Assembly (NCBI GenBank): GCA_026396615.1
Contig: JAPLWK010000010.1
Coordinates: forward strand, 133,916-197,915
Length of the DNA stretch: 64,000 nucleotides
From: a candidate division WWE3 bacterium
Lineage (GTDB): Bacteria; Patescibacteriota; WWE3; JAPLWK01
Direction of reading: 5' to 3'
Below, one piece after another: positions 47,768 through 56,799 of this stretch. The notes under the pieces were generated by a model, which searched no databases, was not told the DNA's origin, and was given only the letters and a program-made list of their open reading frames with translations. How positions within the stretch are numbered: the stretch's first letter is position 1; each line of letters opens with the position of its first letter. The position numbers and the translations under genes were made by a program.

Positions 47768-49244
47768 GTTTTTAAACTTAATCGACAACTTTTTAAACCG
47801 AATTACGATGTACCGTTTGGTACTGTATGTTCTGATCGGACTACTAGCCTCAGCGGTCATATTAGGGGCTCTCGGCGTCGTTCCCTACAACCCAGCAGCT
47901 CTAATTTTATCGACTAGTTTTATTCTCCTCATATCTCTTATTACCAACGACGTTTTTGCCAAAGTTTTTAAAGCAGTCAAAAATCAGGAATCGGTTTATA
48001 TTACCGCTTTAATACTGGCTTTAATCGTGTCTCCTATCACGTCATTTCATGATTTAATCTTTTTATTTTGGGTTTCGGTACTAGCCACGGCCGGAAAATA
48101 TATCCTGGCAATCGGAAAGAAGCATTTATTTAATCCGGCTGCCATCGCCGTCGTCATAACAGCCTTTGGTATTAATCAAAGTGCCAGCTGGTGGGTAGGG
48201 AATACCTTCACGACGCCTTTAGTTATCATCGGCGGCCTGCTACTCACTCGCAAAATTCGACGCGAGAAGATAGTTTATACATTCATTGCCATTGTTGTTG
48301 GGGTGAGTTTACTCTTCGGTTTAGTTAAAGGATCGAATATGCTTACTATGCTAAATACGATTTTATGGCACTCTCCACTATTCTTTTTCGCTTTTGTGAT
48401 GCTCACCGAACCGATTACCAGCCCTGTCAATAACACATTTCAAATGATATTCGCGTTTATAGTTGGCATTTTATTCGTGCCCCAGATTCACGTTGGCAGT
48501 TTTTACTTTACGCCGGAATTAGCTTTGGTCATTGGTAATGTTTTTGCTTACTTCGTGACCCCAAAATATAAATTAGTCTTTAATATCAAAGAAAGAGTAA
48601 AAACGGCCGCCGATACTTTCGATTTCGTCTTTCCACTAACTAAAAAAGTATCTTATCTCCCCGGGCAATATATGGAATGGACTTTGGGATCGAGTCGCAA
48701 CGACAACCGCGGCAATCGTCGCTACTTTACTTTAGCTTCTTCGCCAACCGAAAATAATTTACGATTGGGCGTTAAGTTTTATCAACCAGCCAGTAGTTAT
48801 AAAGAAGCCTTGTTGACGGGATCTAACGCCACTATTGTGGCTTCGCAATTAGCCGGTGACTTCGTATTACCGTCATATAAAAATGAAAAATGCGTTTTTA
48901 TTGCCGGTGGCATTGGCGTCACGCCGTTTCGGAGCATGCTTAAATATTTGATAGACACGAACGATAAACGCGACATTAAAGTAATTTATGCTAATAAAAA
49001 AGCCGAGGACATCGTTTATAAAGATGTGTTTGACGCGGCGAAGGAGACACTTGGCATTGAGACAACTTATACTTTTGGCCATGTCACTACTGAGCTAATT
49101 AAAGAGACAATAAAAGATTACCAGGACAGAGTTTTTTATATTTCCGGGCCGCAATTGATGGTTAAGGCAACTAAAGAGGCTCTTCTCGGACAAGGCGTAA
49201 GTAATCACCATATTAAAACCGACTTCTTTCCCGGCTTTGCATAA
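47757..49244 (+). CDS. RnfD/NqrB-like membrane domain fused to ferredoxin-NAD(P) reductase-like domain
   Basis: KHLFNPAA and MLTEPIT in the membrane part; RRYFTLASS, AGGIGVTP, ISGP in the cytosolic part. Confidence 0.85.
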   Translation: MWSKFLNLIDNFLNRITMYRLVLYVLIGLLASAVILGALGVVPYNPAALILSTSFILLISLITNDVFAKVFKAVKNQESVYITALILALIVSPITSFHDLIFLFWVSVLATAGKYILAIGKKHLFNPAAIAVVITAFGINQSASWWVGNTFTTPLVIIGGLLLTRKIRREKIVYTFIAIVVGVSLLFGLVKGSNMLTMLNTILWHSPLFFFAFVMLTEPITSPVNNTFQMIFAFIVGILFVPQIHVGSFYFTPELALVIGNVFAYFVTPKYKLVFNIKERVKTAADTFDFVFPLTKKVSYLPGQYMEWTLGSSRNDNRGNRRYFTLASSPTENNLRLGVKFYQPASSYKEALLTGSNATIVASQLAGDFVLPSYKNEKCVFIAGGIGVTPFRSMLKYLIDTNDKRDIKVIYANKKAEDIVYKDVFDAAKETLGIETTYTFGHVTTELIKETIKDYQDRVFYISGPQLMVKATKEALLGQGVSNHHIKTDFFPGFA

Positions 49245-49270
49245 TTTAAAAAATAAGGCATTATTAAAAG

Positions 49271-50998
49271 GTGCTGGAAAAATTAGGTTCAGAACAGTAT
49301 TTATCGGAAGCCGCGGTGGATGCCTACTATCGTGTCGCTTCCCAGTTCCCTGTAAACATTACGATTGATAGATTATCGTCCGAAAATAAAACAGACTTAG
49401 GGATTATTTTTAGTGCCTGGAAGGAGTCCAAAGATCAAACAGACGAGCTGAGGCTAGGGATTAGCGACAGGGGCAACTATAACGATGAGATTCTCGACGA
49501 ACGTTTTATTCGCCAGGACGAATATTTAGACCGGTTTTTTGGAGGACTCACAAATAAACCTAACCCCAAATTAATTTTAGAAACTTTGCGGGATCCAGAA
49601 ATAACTGCTCGAGAAGTGCTGATTCCGTATTTACTAAATCAAGTTTACGGAGCCTGGGTAACGTCCCCGGAAACTTATTATTACGCGAGTCTTGAGGATC
49701 AGATTTCGCCTATACTAACAGCGGCAGTGCCGTTACTGTTAGAAAATGGTGACCTAGCAACACCACGACTAATTTTAGAGCATTATAAGTCAATTCATGA
49801 CGAGGTTACTCCTCGCGAATTGCTGTTATTGGAGGATCTTCCAGAAACAGATAGGCGGACGCTTTTAGTACACTATATTAATACTTTTGGCTTTATTAAA
49901 GCTGTTGATACTTTGTCTACCGCTCTCAAAAACGAAGATTTACCAGTTGAGTTACGTCAGAATTTAAAAACTCTTTATGACGAGATTGAGGGAGAGCAAG
50001 TGCAGGCGGTCATGGCCAGTCTTGACGAAGTCTATTCGCACGTGGAGTTTAGTAAGTATGCTCTTAATAATAAAGAGTTAACTGACTTTGAGGTCGGTTT
50101 AATCGAGCGGGTTAGTCATCAGAATGATCGGATCGCCGACCTAGGGGCCGGAGCGGGGCGCCATACTTTAGCGCTTTTGCGGGCTGGTTATACTGACGTT
50201 ACCGCTTGCGACACTTTTCCAGATCACTTAAAGCTTATCAAAGAAGAGGCGGCTACCGAGGGTCTTGATGAGGTTAAAGTGGCGGCCATGAGCTGGCACC
50301 AATTAGGCTTTGAGGCGGATAGTTTAGATATGGTTTACTGTTTAGGCCGTTCAGCGCTGCACAATCGCACTGGCTCTGATTGGGCCAGTTTTATGAATGA
50401 AAGTTGGCGGGTTCTTAAAGACGATGGTTATCTTCTTTTAGACGTGCCGGATATGGCCGATGGCGTTTATAACGACAATGAGGCTCATCTACGGGAGCAC
50501 GCTCGTAACTTAGGTCTGGATAGTTCCGAGTCGATGCGGCTTTTTGATGGGCCAGATCAACTTCATAAGTTTAACCGGATGGCTTTAACCGATACTCAAA
50601 TACATGAATACGCCGAACTTTTTGGTTTTACGGTTGAAGCGATGGAGAAGCATCGACTAGGTGATCATGGCGAAATAACTAACGTTTACTACACTTTACA
50701 AAAAGATCCGAATTTTGACCCCGGTAAAATGAATCGCTGGGAGCTACAAGATGCGCTTGCACATATGGGGTTACTTGATAGCGGGGTAGATTACAATCAA
50801 AATATTAAGTCGTGGCGGGGCACTTTGGGGCAAGCGTTAGCCCTTGGTCCCTATACGCTGGATCACGCTAAACCGGAAATGCTCGGGCCGTGTTTGGCGC
50901 ACGTCACTGCTTACGGCACAGAGTTAACTACGGAGTACGCGGGGGCGTATTATACGACCCTGCTTGATCCCATGCCAGGGCAAAGAGGGCACGCATAG
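49271..50998 (+). CDS. Class I SAM-dependent methyltransferase with long N-terminal extension
   Basis: IADLGAGAGRH motif I; WRVLKDDG motif. Confidence 0.75.
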   Translation: MLEKLGSEQYLSEAAVDAYYRVASQFPVNITIDRLSSENKTDLGIIFSAWKESKDQTDELRLGISDRGNYNDEILDERFIRQDEYLDRFFGGLTNKPNPKLILETLRDPEITAREVLIPYLLNQVYGAWVTSPETYYYASLEDQISPILTAAVPLLLENGDLATPRLILEHYKSIHDEVTPRELLLLEDLPETDRRTLLVHYINTFGFIKAVDTLSTALKNEDLPVELRQNLKTLYDEIEGEQVQAVMASLDEVYSHVEFSKYALNNKELTDFEVGLIERVSHQNDRIADLGAGAGRHTLALLRAGYTDVTACDTFPDHLKLIKEEAATEGLDEVKVAAMSWHQLGFEADSLDMVYCLGRSALHNRTGSDWASFMNESWRVLKDDGYLLLDVPDMADGVYNDNEAHLREHARNLGLDSSESMRLFDGPDQLHKFNRMALTDTQIHEYAELFGFTVEAMEKHRLGDHGEITNVYYTLQKDPNFDPGKMNRWELQDALAHMGLLDSGVDYNQNIKSWRGTLGQALALGPYTLDHAKPEMLGPCLAHVTAYGTELTTEYAGAYYTTLLDPMPGQRGHA

Positions 50999-51710
50999 TC
51001 TGGGCGATGAGAGCATTCTGAACTATTATCGCCATTAAATCTTTTTCGGCGTGGAAGTTAATAAAAGCCACTTTATCGCCATAAATATCCACTTCAATTC
51101 CTACTGGAAACTTATCTTTGGGGACGACTCGCGTCTCCCGCTGTTCCGCTTCGTCACGACTGGTATAGGTCTTGGTTTTGGCGTCTTCGGCGACGATGAC
51201 TTTGGCCCAGACCTTGGCTTTTGATCGCTTCACAGCATAAACCTTGGTCAACCAAGCATAAACTTTAGGGTCAACGTCTTCGGTCTGCAGAATAGCCCAA
51301 ATTTCGGCCTGCTCTTTAATAGTATCCTCGTACACCGCTTTAATGCCTTCCAGTCCTTCGTAAATCTTCACCCCAGGCTTATTTTCGGTGGTCTTAAAGG
51401 CGGAGATTAGTTCTGGCAGGTAGGTTTGCAGTGACACCTCACTGTTTTTAGCTTCTTTCAACCGGTTCTCAATGATATCGGCTAGCTTAAAGGGATGCTC
51501 CGGGCGAAAGTGGAGCCGTTTCTTAATCGTTACTTGCGATACCAGGCCCTTTTCTTCAAGGTCATACAGAGTCTTATAAACAATCCCGCGCTTCAGGCCC
51601 GATTTCTTAATCACGTCACCGACGGGGGAGACACCTGATTGTAGGAGAACGGAGTAGAGGAGCGCCTCTTTGTCCCTTAATCCAGATTCTTTAAGTGCTT
51701 TCTCGTACAT
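50928..51710 (-). CDS. TrmB family transcriptional regulator
   Basis: N-terminal wHTH (GLRDKEA.LY...RGIVY..L..LEEKGLV), VKIYEGLEG, IYGDKVA. Confidence 0.88.
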   Translation of the reverse strand: MYEKALKESGLRDKEALLYSVLLQSGVSPVGDVIKKSGLKRGIVYKTLYDLEEKGLVSQVTIKKRLHFRPEHPFKLADIIENRLKEAKNSEVSLQTYLPELISAFKTTENKPGVKIYEGLEGIKAVYEDTIKEQAEIWAILQTEDVDPKVYAWLTKVYAVKRSKAKVWAKVIVAEDAKTKTYTSRDEAEQRETRVVPKDKFPVGIEVDIYGDKVAFINFHAEKDLMAIIVQNALIAQTMRALFALAWDQAGSYNTPPRTP

Positions 51711-51749
51711 ACCAATAATATATTCGATTCCATGTAGAGACGCAATCGG

Positions 51750-51838
51750 GTTGAGGACGACCCATGGGTCGTCCCTACAGATCTATAGGAGGCCTCCTGA
51801 AACACGGTTGTAGGGACGGGGCATGCCCCGTCCTCAAC
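51750..51838. repeat. Pair of GTTG/GTAG REP palindromes
   Basis: gttgaggacgacccatgggtcgtccctac (51750) and gtagggacggggcatgccccgtcctcaac (51810). Confidence 0.8.
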
Positions 51839-51859
51839 CAACATAATTGTCAATACCAC

Positions 51860-51976
51860 TTGACAATACTATAGGGGTATGCTACAATATGATTGTCACA
51901 GTGAGGAACACGGCAAGGGCCCTACCTGCCAGCGCCGTCAAACCCCCTTGACAAATAAGACTATAGGTGCTATGAT
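51860..51976 (+). promoter_or_regulatory. Tandem strong sigma70 promoters P1/P2
   Basis: TTGACA(51860)-17-TACAAT(51883) and TTGACA(51948)-17-TATGAT(51971), both with extended TG. Confidence 0.75.
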
Positions 51977-52432
51977 GATAGCATGCTGAGAAAGGGTCAA
52001 ATAAGCCCCCCGCTCAGAGCCCTATAAATAGAGAACAAATAGAAACAACAAAAAACAAATAACACAGAACAGTAGCCGAAGCGGTTTTGCCTACAAGCCT
52101 ACCGGCCACGACTGGGTATATCCCAACCGCGGTACTCAAAACTCGCACGTTGTCACCTGATAACACGGCCCCAAGAGAATCTGCTGGAGATTGGCAAATG
52201 ACTTGTCAAAATAACTTGTCCTGAGCTTGTCGAAGGAGTAAGGCTCAAATAAAGAGACAAACTAAGAACCGTATAAATAGAAGTAGTAAACATCAATTTG
52301 TTTACCTAAACCTACCTTAGGTACTTACCAAATAGATTCGTGGGTACTAGAGGAGAGACCGAGAAGGCAATGAGAGAGAAAAGATTACCTACCAATTAAG
52401 TACTCTCTCATTTTCTTCCCCAAACCAATTCG

Positions 52433-52474
52433 ATTAATGATTAATGATTAATGTTTAATGGCAAATGATTAATG
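52433..52474 (+). repeat. Heptamer tandem repeat (ATTAATG-like x6)
   Basis: attaatg attaatg attaatg tttaatg gcaaatg attaatg. Confidence 0.75.
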
Positions 52475-52479
52475 CCGAT

Positions 52480-52935
52480 CAGCTTGTTAGCTGACCCCAA
52501 AAAACATACCGTGCAGTTTTTTGGAGTTAGGGAATAACTAGACTTTCAGTCTAGATAAATGTCACAAGTGACATTTAGAAGCAGCACTTTGAGAACTTAA
52601 CGACTAACAAACTTCTTTAAGAAGCGCAACGTGGTTATCAAACTTGGTAGCTAGGTTGCCTTCTTAAAGAACAAGTACTTTGAATCTGCTTAACAGCAGG
52701 CCTATCCATAGGTTTATTAATTGCTGCGAGCCGCCCTAAAGGCGCATAAGCTTCGCGTATGGCAACTGGTAAAGTTTGGAAAAGATACTTTCGGAGAGAA
52801 GACTAGGAGATCGTCCTAAAAACGAGGCTGGTCCAGAAGCGGGGTAACCCAAGGGACTTAGGAGCACAGCTGAATCTGTGACTAGAACTGGAAACTTGAA
52901 CTCGCAAGAGCAAGTAACAGAAGGTTCTTGAAAAA
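52480..52935 (+). ncRNA. Candidate structured non-coding leader RNA (family unknown)
   Basis: Dense hairpins, G-U pairs consistent with the + strand, GNRA loops, no convincing ORF. Confidence 0.4.
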
Positions 52936-52988
52936 TCGAATCCGACAATCTTCCCGACGAGGCTTCGATGTGAAGTATAGGAAGAAAA

Positions 52989-53750
52989 ATGAAGCAGTAT
53001 TTTTTCGTTCGTGAGGGTACGGTCGATAAGTTCGGTAAGTTGATTTCCGGTGCTGTCGTCGTTACATACGACGATGGGAATGAGGTCACAGCGGTTACCT
53101 GTGAGGGAAAGTCGGTCTCTCTTAAAAAGACCGATTTAATTCCAGAAGTTGGCTCCGAAAAAGCTTGGAAGTTGGCGGCTGCAGCTCACGTGCAGAAGGT
53201 TGCGGATAACCTCGTTCAAGCCGGATTCCAAGTTGCGAATCTTCGTTGGGTATATGAGCCCAGCGGCAATTCTACCGAAACGAACGCTGACGTTGCGGAA
53301 AACGTGGATTGGATCGGCAACAAGATTGCTACGATTGCTGGGCAAGTCCGCAAACAAGCTCGGGCTGTTTTTGCCTTGCCAATATGGTACCGAACATTTC
53401 AGATGGACATACAACAGTGGCCAGTATTTGACTGCCACGAGACGTGTTTTAATCTGATACCGCCAGACGGTGACGGTAAAGATTGGAAAGTTCTAGCTGA
53501 AGGCGAATCAGTTGATTTGCCTTGTGATCAAGTGTCCGAAGGTCGTTTTTTGAGTGGCACCAGACATATCGAAAATGTGGATGGTTGGTGTGATCGTGCA
53601 CAGAGCAATCACTTTCGGATCATGAAGAACGGCTTGAGTCCCGAGGTTTACGATGCGTGCAATGCGGCGTATGAAGCGTTGAGTAAAAAGGCGCCAATAT
53701 CGGCAGCCCGTAAAGCTCTTCGCGAAATCATGGACGCCCTCGGAAAGTAA
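52989..53750 (+). CDS. Hypothetical protein (ORFan)
   Basis: 253 aa, purine-rich RBS. Confidence 0.75.
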   Translation: MKQYFFVREGTVDKFGKLISGAVVVTYDDGNEVTAVTCEGKSVSLKKTDLIPEVGSEKAWKLAAAAHVQKVADNLVQAGFQVANLRWVYEPSGNSTETNADVAENVDWIGNKIATIAGQVRKQARAVFALPIWYRTFQMDIQQWPVFDCHETCFNLIPPDGDGKDWKVLAEGESVDLPCDQVSEGRFLSGTRHIENVDGWCDRAQSNHFRIMKNGLSPEVYDACNAAYEALSKKAPISAARKALREIMDALGK

Positions 53751-54075
53751 GTCGTTAGTTAATGGTGCTAAATAAGTTTACAAGCAAATTAGTTGTAAAC
53801 GGCACTGAGCCACTCCACTAAGCTCTAAGATTTGTGGAAAGAAACGTTTGTCTCGATCGGGAGGTGATGTGTTTTTGACTTTATTGTCTTTAACATCACT
53901 TCCCGAGTTCGTAAGACTTCATCAAGTAATTGGTGAGGTGCTACGAATTAAATAGATCTGCACTTTCACAAATATTACAAATATCTTTTTCTTCTAGAAA
54001 TTGGTTTCGGCCTTTATGGATCTAATAATTTGGGTCTGCAAAGGTCGAAATCACAGAAAAGTTTAGGAGAGAAAA

Positions 54076-54774
54076 ATGATTACAGTAGAACAAATAAAGT
54101 CCGCTCGTTCAGAACGCGCAGCAAAGGCTGCAGAACTTCGAGCCATGTACGAGTCACGCATTCCGAAGCTCCAGGCTGCCGATTGGCCGGAGAAGGGTTG
54201 GGAATGGAAGCAAGCCAACACATGGGTGTGGCTGCGTAAGGAGTGGGCGCACGGGGATAAGTCTGCCACTTTGCGGGCCTATTTGGCGCCGACCGAGGAC
54301 AAAGATCCGCAGCCGCATTTCTCGCCCCGCGAGGCCGGTTTCGTGGCAAAGTGCTTCACAGTCGAACCGCGGTGGCCTGATTCACCGTTCGGTGGTGAGG
54401 AATGCCGTCAGAAATGGATCGGTGAGCTGGTCGAACGCGATCTGCCAGCCCGGCCGCCTGAGATTTTCGAAAATGACCCGTTCGACGCCGGCGAGGAAGT
54501 TTGGATCGAGGTCTGGGATTCCACGAAAGCGGGTCCGTTCGCTGCTTTCAACGCAGTATGGGGGCCGGAGGCGAAGCAGGCGATCCACGACGCTCAGGAC
54601 AGCCTGTTCGCTCGTGAGCGCGGCAACGTCAACGTATCTGAGCATATCTATGCACACGGTGTTTGCCAGCATCGCCCCGCTTTCGGACCAAACTTCAACG
54701 GTTTGGAGGAGAATTGCCCCAAGGCAGCTCCGATCGTCGAAGAGGAAGTGGTCGAGGAGAACGACGAGGAGTAG
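54076..54774 (+). CDS. Hypothetical protein (ORFan, GC-rich, acidic tail)
   Basis: 232 aa, AGGAG RBS. Confidence 0.75.
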   Translation: MITVEQIKSARSERAAKAAELRAMYESRIPKLQAADWPEKGWEWKQANTWVWLRKEWAHGDKSATLRAYLAPTEDKDPQPHFSPREAGFVAKCFTVEPRWPDSPFGGEECRQKWIGELVERDLPARPPEIFENDPFDAGEEVWIEVWDSTKAGPFAAFNAVWGPEAKQAIHDAQDSLFARERGNVNVSEHIYAHGVCQHRPAFGPNFNGLEENCPKAAPIVEEEVVEENDEE

Positions 54775-54959
54775 ATATTTAGTTCTAAGAATTGACACGG
54801 CTTGGTGAAATAAAACTTCAATGGCAAATAAGCATTGAGGAAGTGTCAAATTGTGTTAGATCCGTTCCGTTTGTCTCTTTGGTTCAGTAGCAGAAGAAAT
54901 TAGCCACCTGGTGAAATCGCTGCTACTGGACCTAAAGTTTTTGGACTAAATCGGAGTTA

Positions 54960-54985
54960 CTGGATCCGCCAGCCGGCGGATGACA
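54960..54985. repeat. Variant of the GTCAT...GGATCCAG palindromic repeat
   Basis: ctggatccgccagccggcggatgaca. Confidence 0.6.
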
Positions 54986-55119
54986 AGTGATTAATGGTTT
55001 AGATCAAAAACTTTAGGAAAGAGAGGCACGTTGAAAATATAAATACTGGTTTCGACCTTGATGAGTCTAAATGACTTGGATTTATTAAGGTCGAAATCAG
55101 AAGAATTAAAGAGGAGAAA

Positions 55120-55596
55120 ATGAATACAATCGCCGGTGCTTTCGCTCGGGCCTTTAAAAACCCAGAGCCATACATGTTCGGTACGGAAGAATTCTTTCCG
55201 GTAGGGGATTGGGATGAACCACTCCCGATCGGGAAGATTATGCCGGACATCAAGCGCTTGATTTCATTGTGGCAATTGCCACTGGATCGGGCGTTGTATG
55301 AGACTGGCGAAGGTTTGGCTTTACTAGCAAACCTGGCGAATTTGAGCGCGAAAGAGATCGACCCGTCGTTTTACGACATCAAGTCGACTTTGATCGCGCA
55401 CGCACAGAGACTTAGCGATCATTGCTGGGCGAACGACGGCATCGTCTATTTCGAGACGGTCGTTGGTCAGGTCTCGTTCCATGTTTTCGATGAGGACATG
55501 GAGGTTCTTAACCCCATGCGCCACACCGAAGAGTGGATTGGGTGGTCAACTCAGGAGATCGCTCCCGAGTTGTGTTACGAGTTTTTGGATATTTAG
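55120..55596 (+). CDS. Hypothetical phage-like protein
   Basis: 158 aa, GAGGAG RBS; FETVVGQVSFH...EWIG recalls phage GQxSxH/WDGH-type proteins. Confidence 0.7.
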   Translation: MNTIAGAFARAFKNPEPYMFGTEEFFPVGDWDEPLPIGKIMPDIKRLISLWQLPLDRALYETGEGLALLANLANLSAKEIDPSFYDIKSTLIAHAQRLSDHCWANDGIVYFETVVGQVSFHVFDEDMEVLNPMRHTEEWIGWSTQEIAPELCYEFLDI

Positions 55597-55612
55597 AAGG
55601 AGGTCCAAGAAC

Positions 55613-56092
55613 ATGAAAGACGCCATGAAGTTGAATATTTGGATCCGCAAGCAGCTTGAGGAGCGTTGCGGAAAGTTCGACGATCGGACGGGGGTGGGTT
55701 TTTCACAATTTGTGTGGCATCCGCTTTCGAATCGGGGGCTCCACGAGCAGTATTTAAAGCCTCGTGGGCTATCCATACAGGCGCCAGCCATGAGCGTTTT
55801 ATGGACAGTGGAGTTCACAGAGCGCAGCGTTCGGTTTACGCCGAAGGTCTATTTAATAGACCGGGACGATTTTTCTCAGCGTTACGCAAAGGCGAATGTT
55901 GAGATTCGGGTGGCTTTGCGGGAGCAATTTAACATTGTCTCCTTCGAACTCGCCACACCCGAACCGATTGTTTTCTTGCCGGGCTCGAGTTTGACCGGTG
56001 GTTCAACCGCTGTGTTAAGATCCGACGCCGTAGCAGAGATTGATCGACAAATTGCTGACCTGGAGGCCTTTAAGAAGGCTACGTTAGGTTAG
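55613..56092 (+). CDS. Hypothetical protein (ORFan)
   Basis: AAGGAGGT RBS before ATG 55613. Confidence 0.7.
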   Translation: MKDAMKLNIWIRKQLEERCGKFDDRTGVGFSQFVWHPLSNRGLHEQYLKPRGLSIQAPAMSVLWTVEFTERSVRFTPKVYLIDRDDFSQRYAKANVEIRVALREQFNIVSFELATPEPIVFLPGSSLTGGSTAVLRSDAVAEIDRQIADLEAFKKATLG

Positions 56093-56149
56093 CGATCAGC
56101 AGACGGAGCGAGGGCGGGGCGCCAGCTCTGTTTCCTAGGAGGTAATCAA

Positions 56150-56527
56150 ATGAACGTTTACGTTGTATCTCGCGAGACGAATGACCCGATCTTCGGGGAG
56201 GGCCAGTCGTACTACGGAAATAGCTTCGCAGTCGAAGGCAAGGTTTACACCATGCCGGGGACACTCGCGAGGGATTTCCTAAAGCTAGTTAGCGACTTTT
56301 CGCAGCTAGCAAATCCGTTATTAGGGAGGGAACTGGTTACAAAAGAAACCGGCATCTCTCTCGACGAAGAGCCCGAAGACGAATATTGCTGGGAGTTCCT
56401 ACTCTCCAGCATAAGCAACAATAATCCGATCGAAGGCCGCATACGCTACAGCGTATACGATCGGAAGACCAAGGAAACTCACCGCTACCAGACGACGTAT
56501 ACAATTACTCGTCTTAAGCTCGTGTAG
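56150..56527 (+). CDS. Hypothetical protein (ORFan)
   Basis: AGGAGGT RBS, 125 aa. Confidence 0.7.
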   Translation: MNVYVVSRETNDPIFGEGQSYYGNSFAVEGKVYTMPGTLARDFLKLVSDFSQLANPLLGRELVTKETGISLDEEPEDEYCWEFLLSSISNNNPIEGRIRYSVYDRKTKETHRYQTTYTITRLKLV

Positions 56528-56626
56528 TTTCGTGAAGGGTGCTGTATAAGTTTTAGATCAAATTTAATCTAAAACCGCACCGGAGCCAAGACCACCAATG
56601 CTCTTGAAAAAATTAGGTGGAAAGTT

Positions 56627-56682
56627 CCCTCCTTCGCTAAACCAGACTTCGCTAAAGCTACGTCTGGCAAAGCTTCGGAGGG
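56627..56682. repeat. Nested CTTCGCTAAAGCT(T/A)CG palindromic repeats
   Basis: ccctccttcgctaaa[ccagacttcgctaaagctacgtctggcaaa]gcttcggaggg. Confidence 0.7.
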
Positions 56683-56732
56683 TTAAGAGACTCTAATTCG
56701 TTTACTCATAAGAGTCTCTAAATGTCTCTTTA

Positions 56733-56783
56733 CGGGAGGTAGTTTATTTGCAGCAATGCTTATAAATTTTACCTCCCGTTTTT
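56733..56783 (+). terminator. Intrinsic terminator; copy 1 of the 42-bp direct repeat
   Basis: cgggaggta...tacctcccg followed by TTTTT. Confidence 0.75.
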
Positions 56784-56799
56784 CGTTTTCTATAGATTG

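Noticed and set aside
50928-50998. 71-bp convergent overlap between the methyltransferase and TrmB genes as a regulatory device
   Set aside because: Tail-to-tail overlaps recur in this compact genome, and a lost stop codon explains it equally well.
51846-51952. GTCAA-N6-TTGAC palindromes as TrmB operators
   Set aside because: Equally explained by back-to-back -35 hexamers of divergent promoters; the two cannot be distinguished from sequence alone.
52800-52860. c-di-GMP or other known riboswitch
   Set aside because: Only a short GCGGGGTAACC resemblance; the conserved aptamer core is not recognisable.
53750-55119. Integron attC sites as an explanation for the inter-ORF hairpins
   Set aside because: No consistent RYYYAAC...GTTRRRY boundaries seen, the pairing relies on + strand G-U pairs (RNA-like), and there is no tyrosine integrase in the window; not fully excluded without a covariance-model search.
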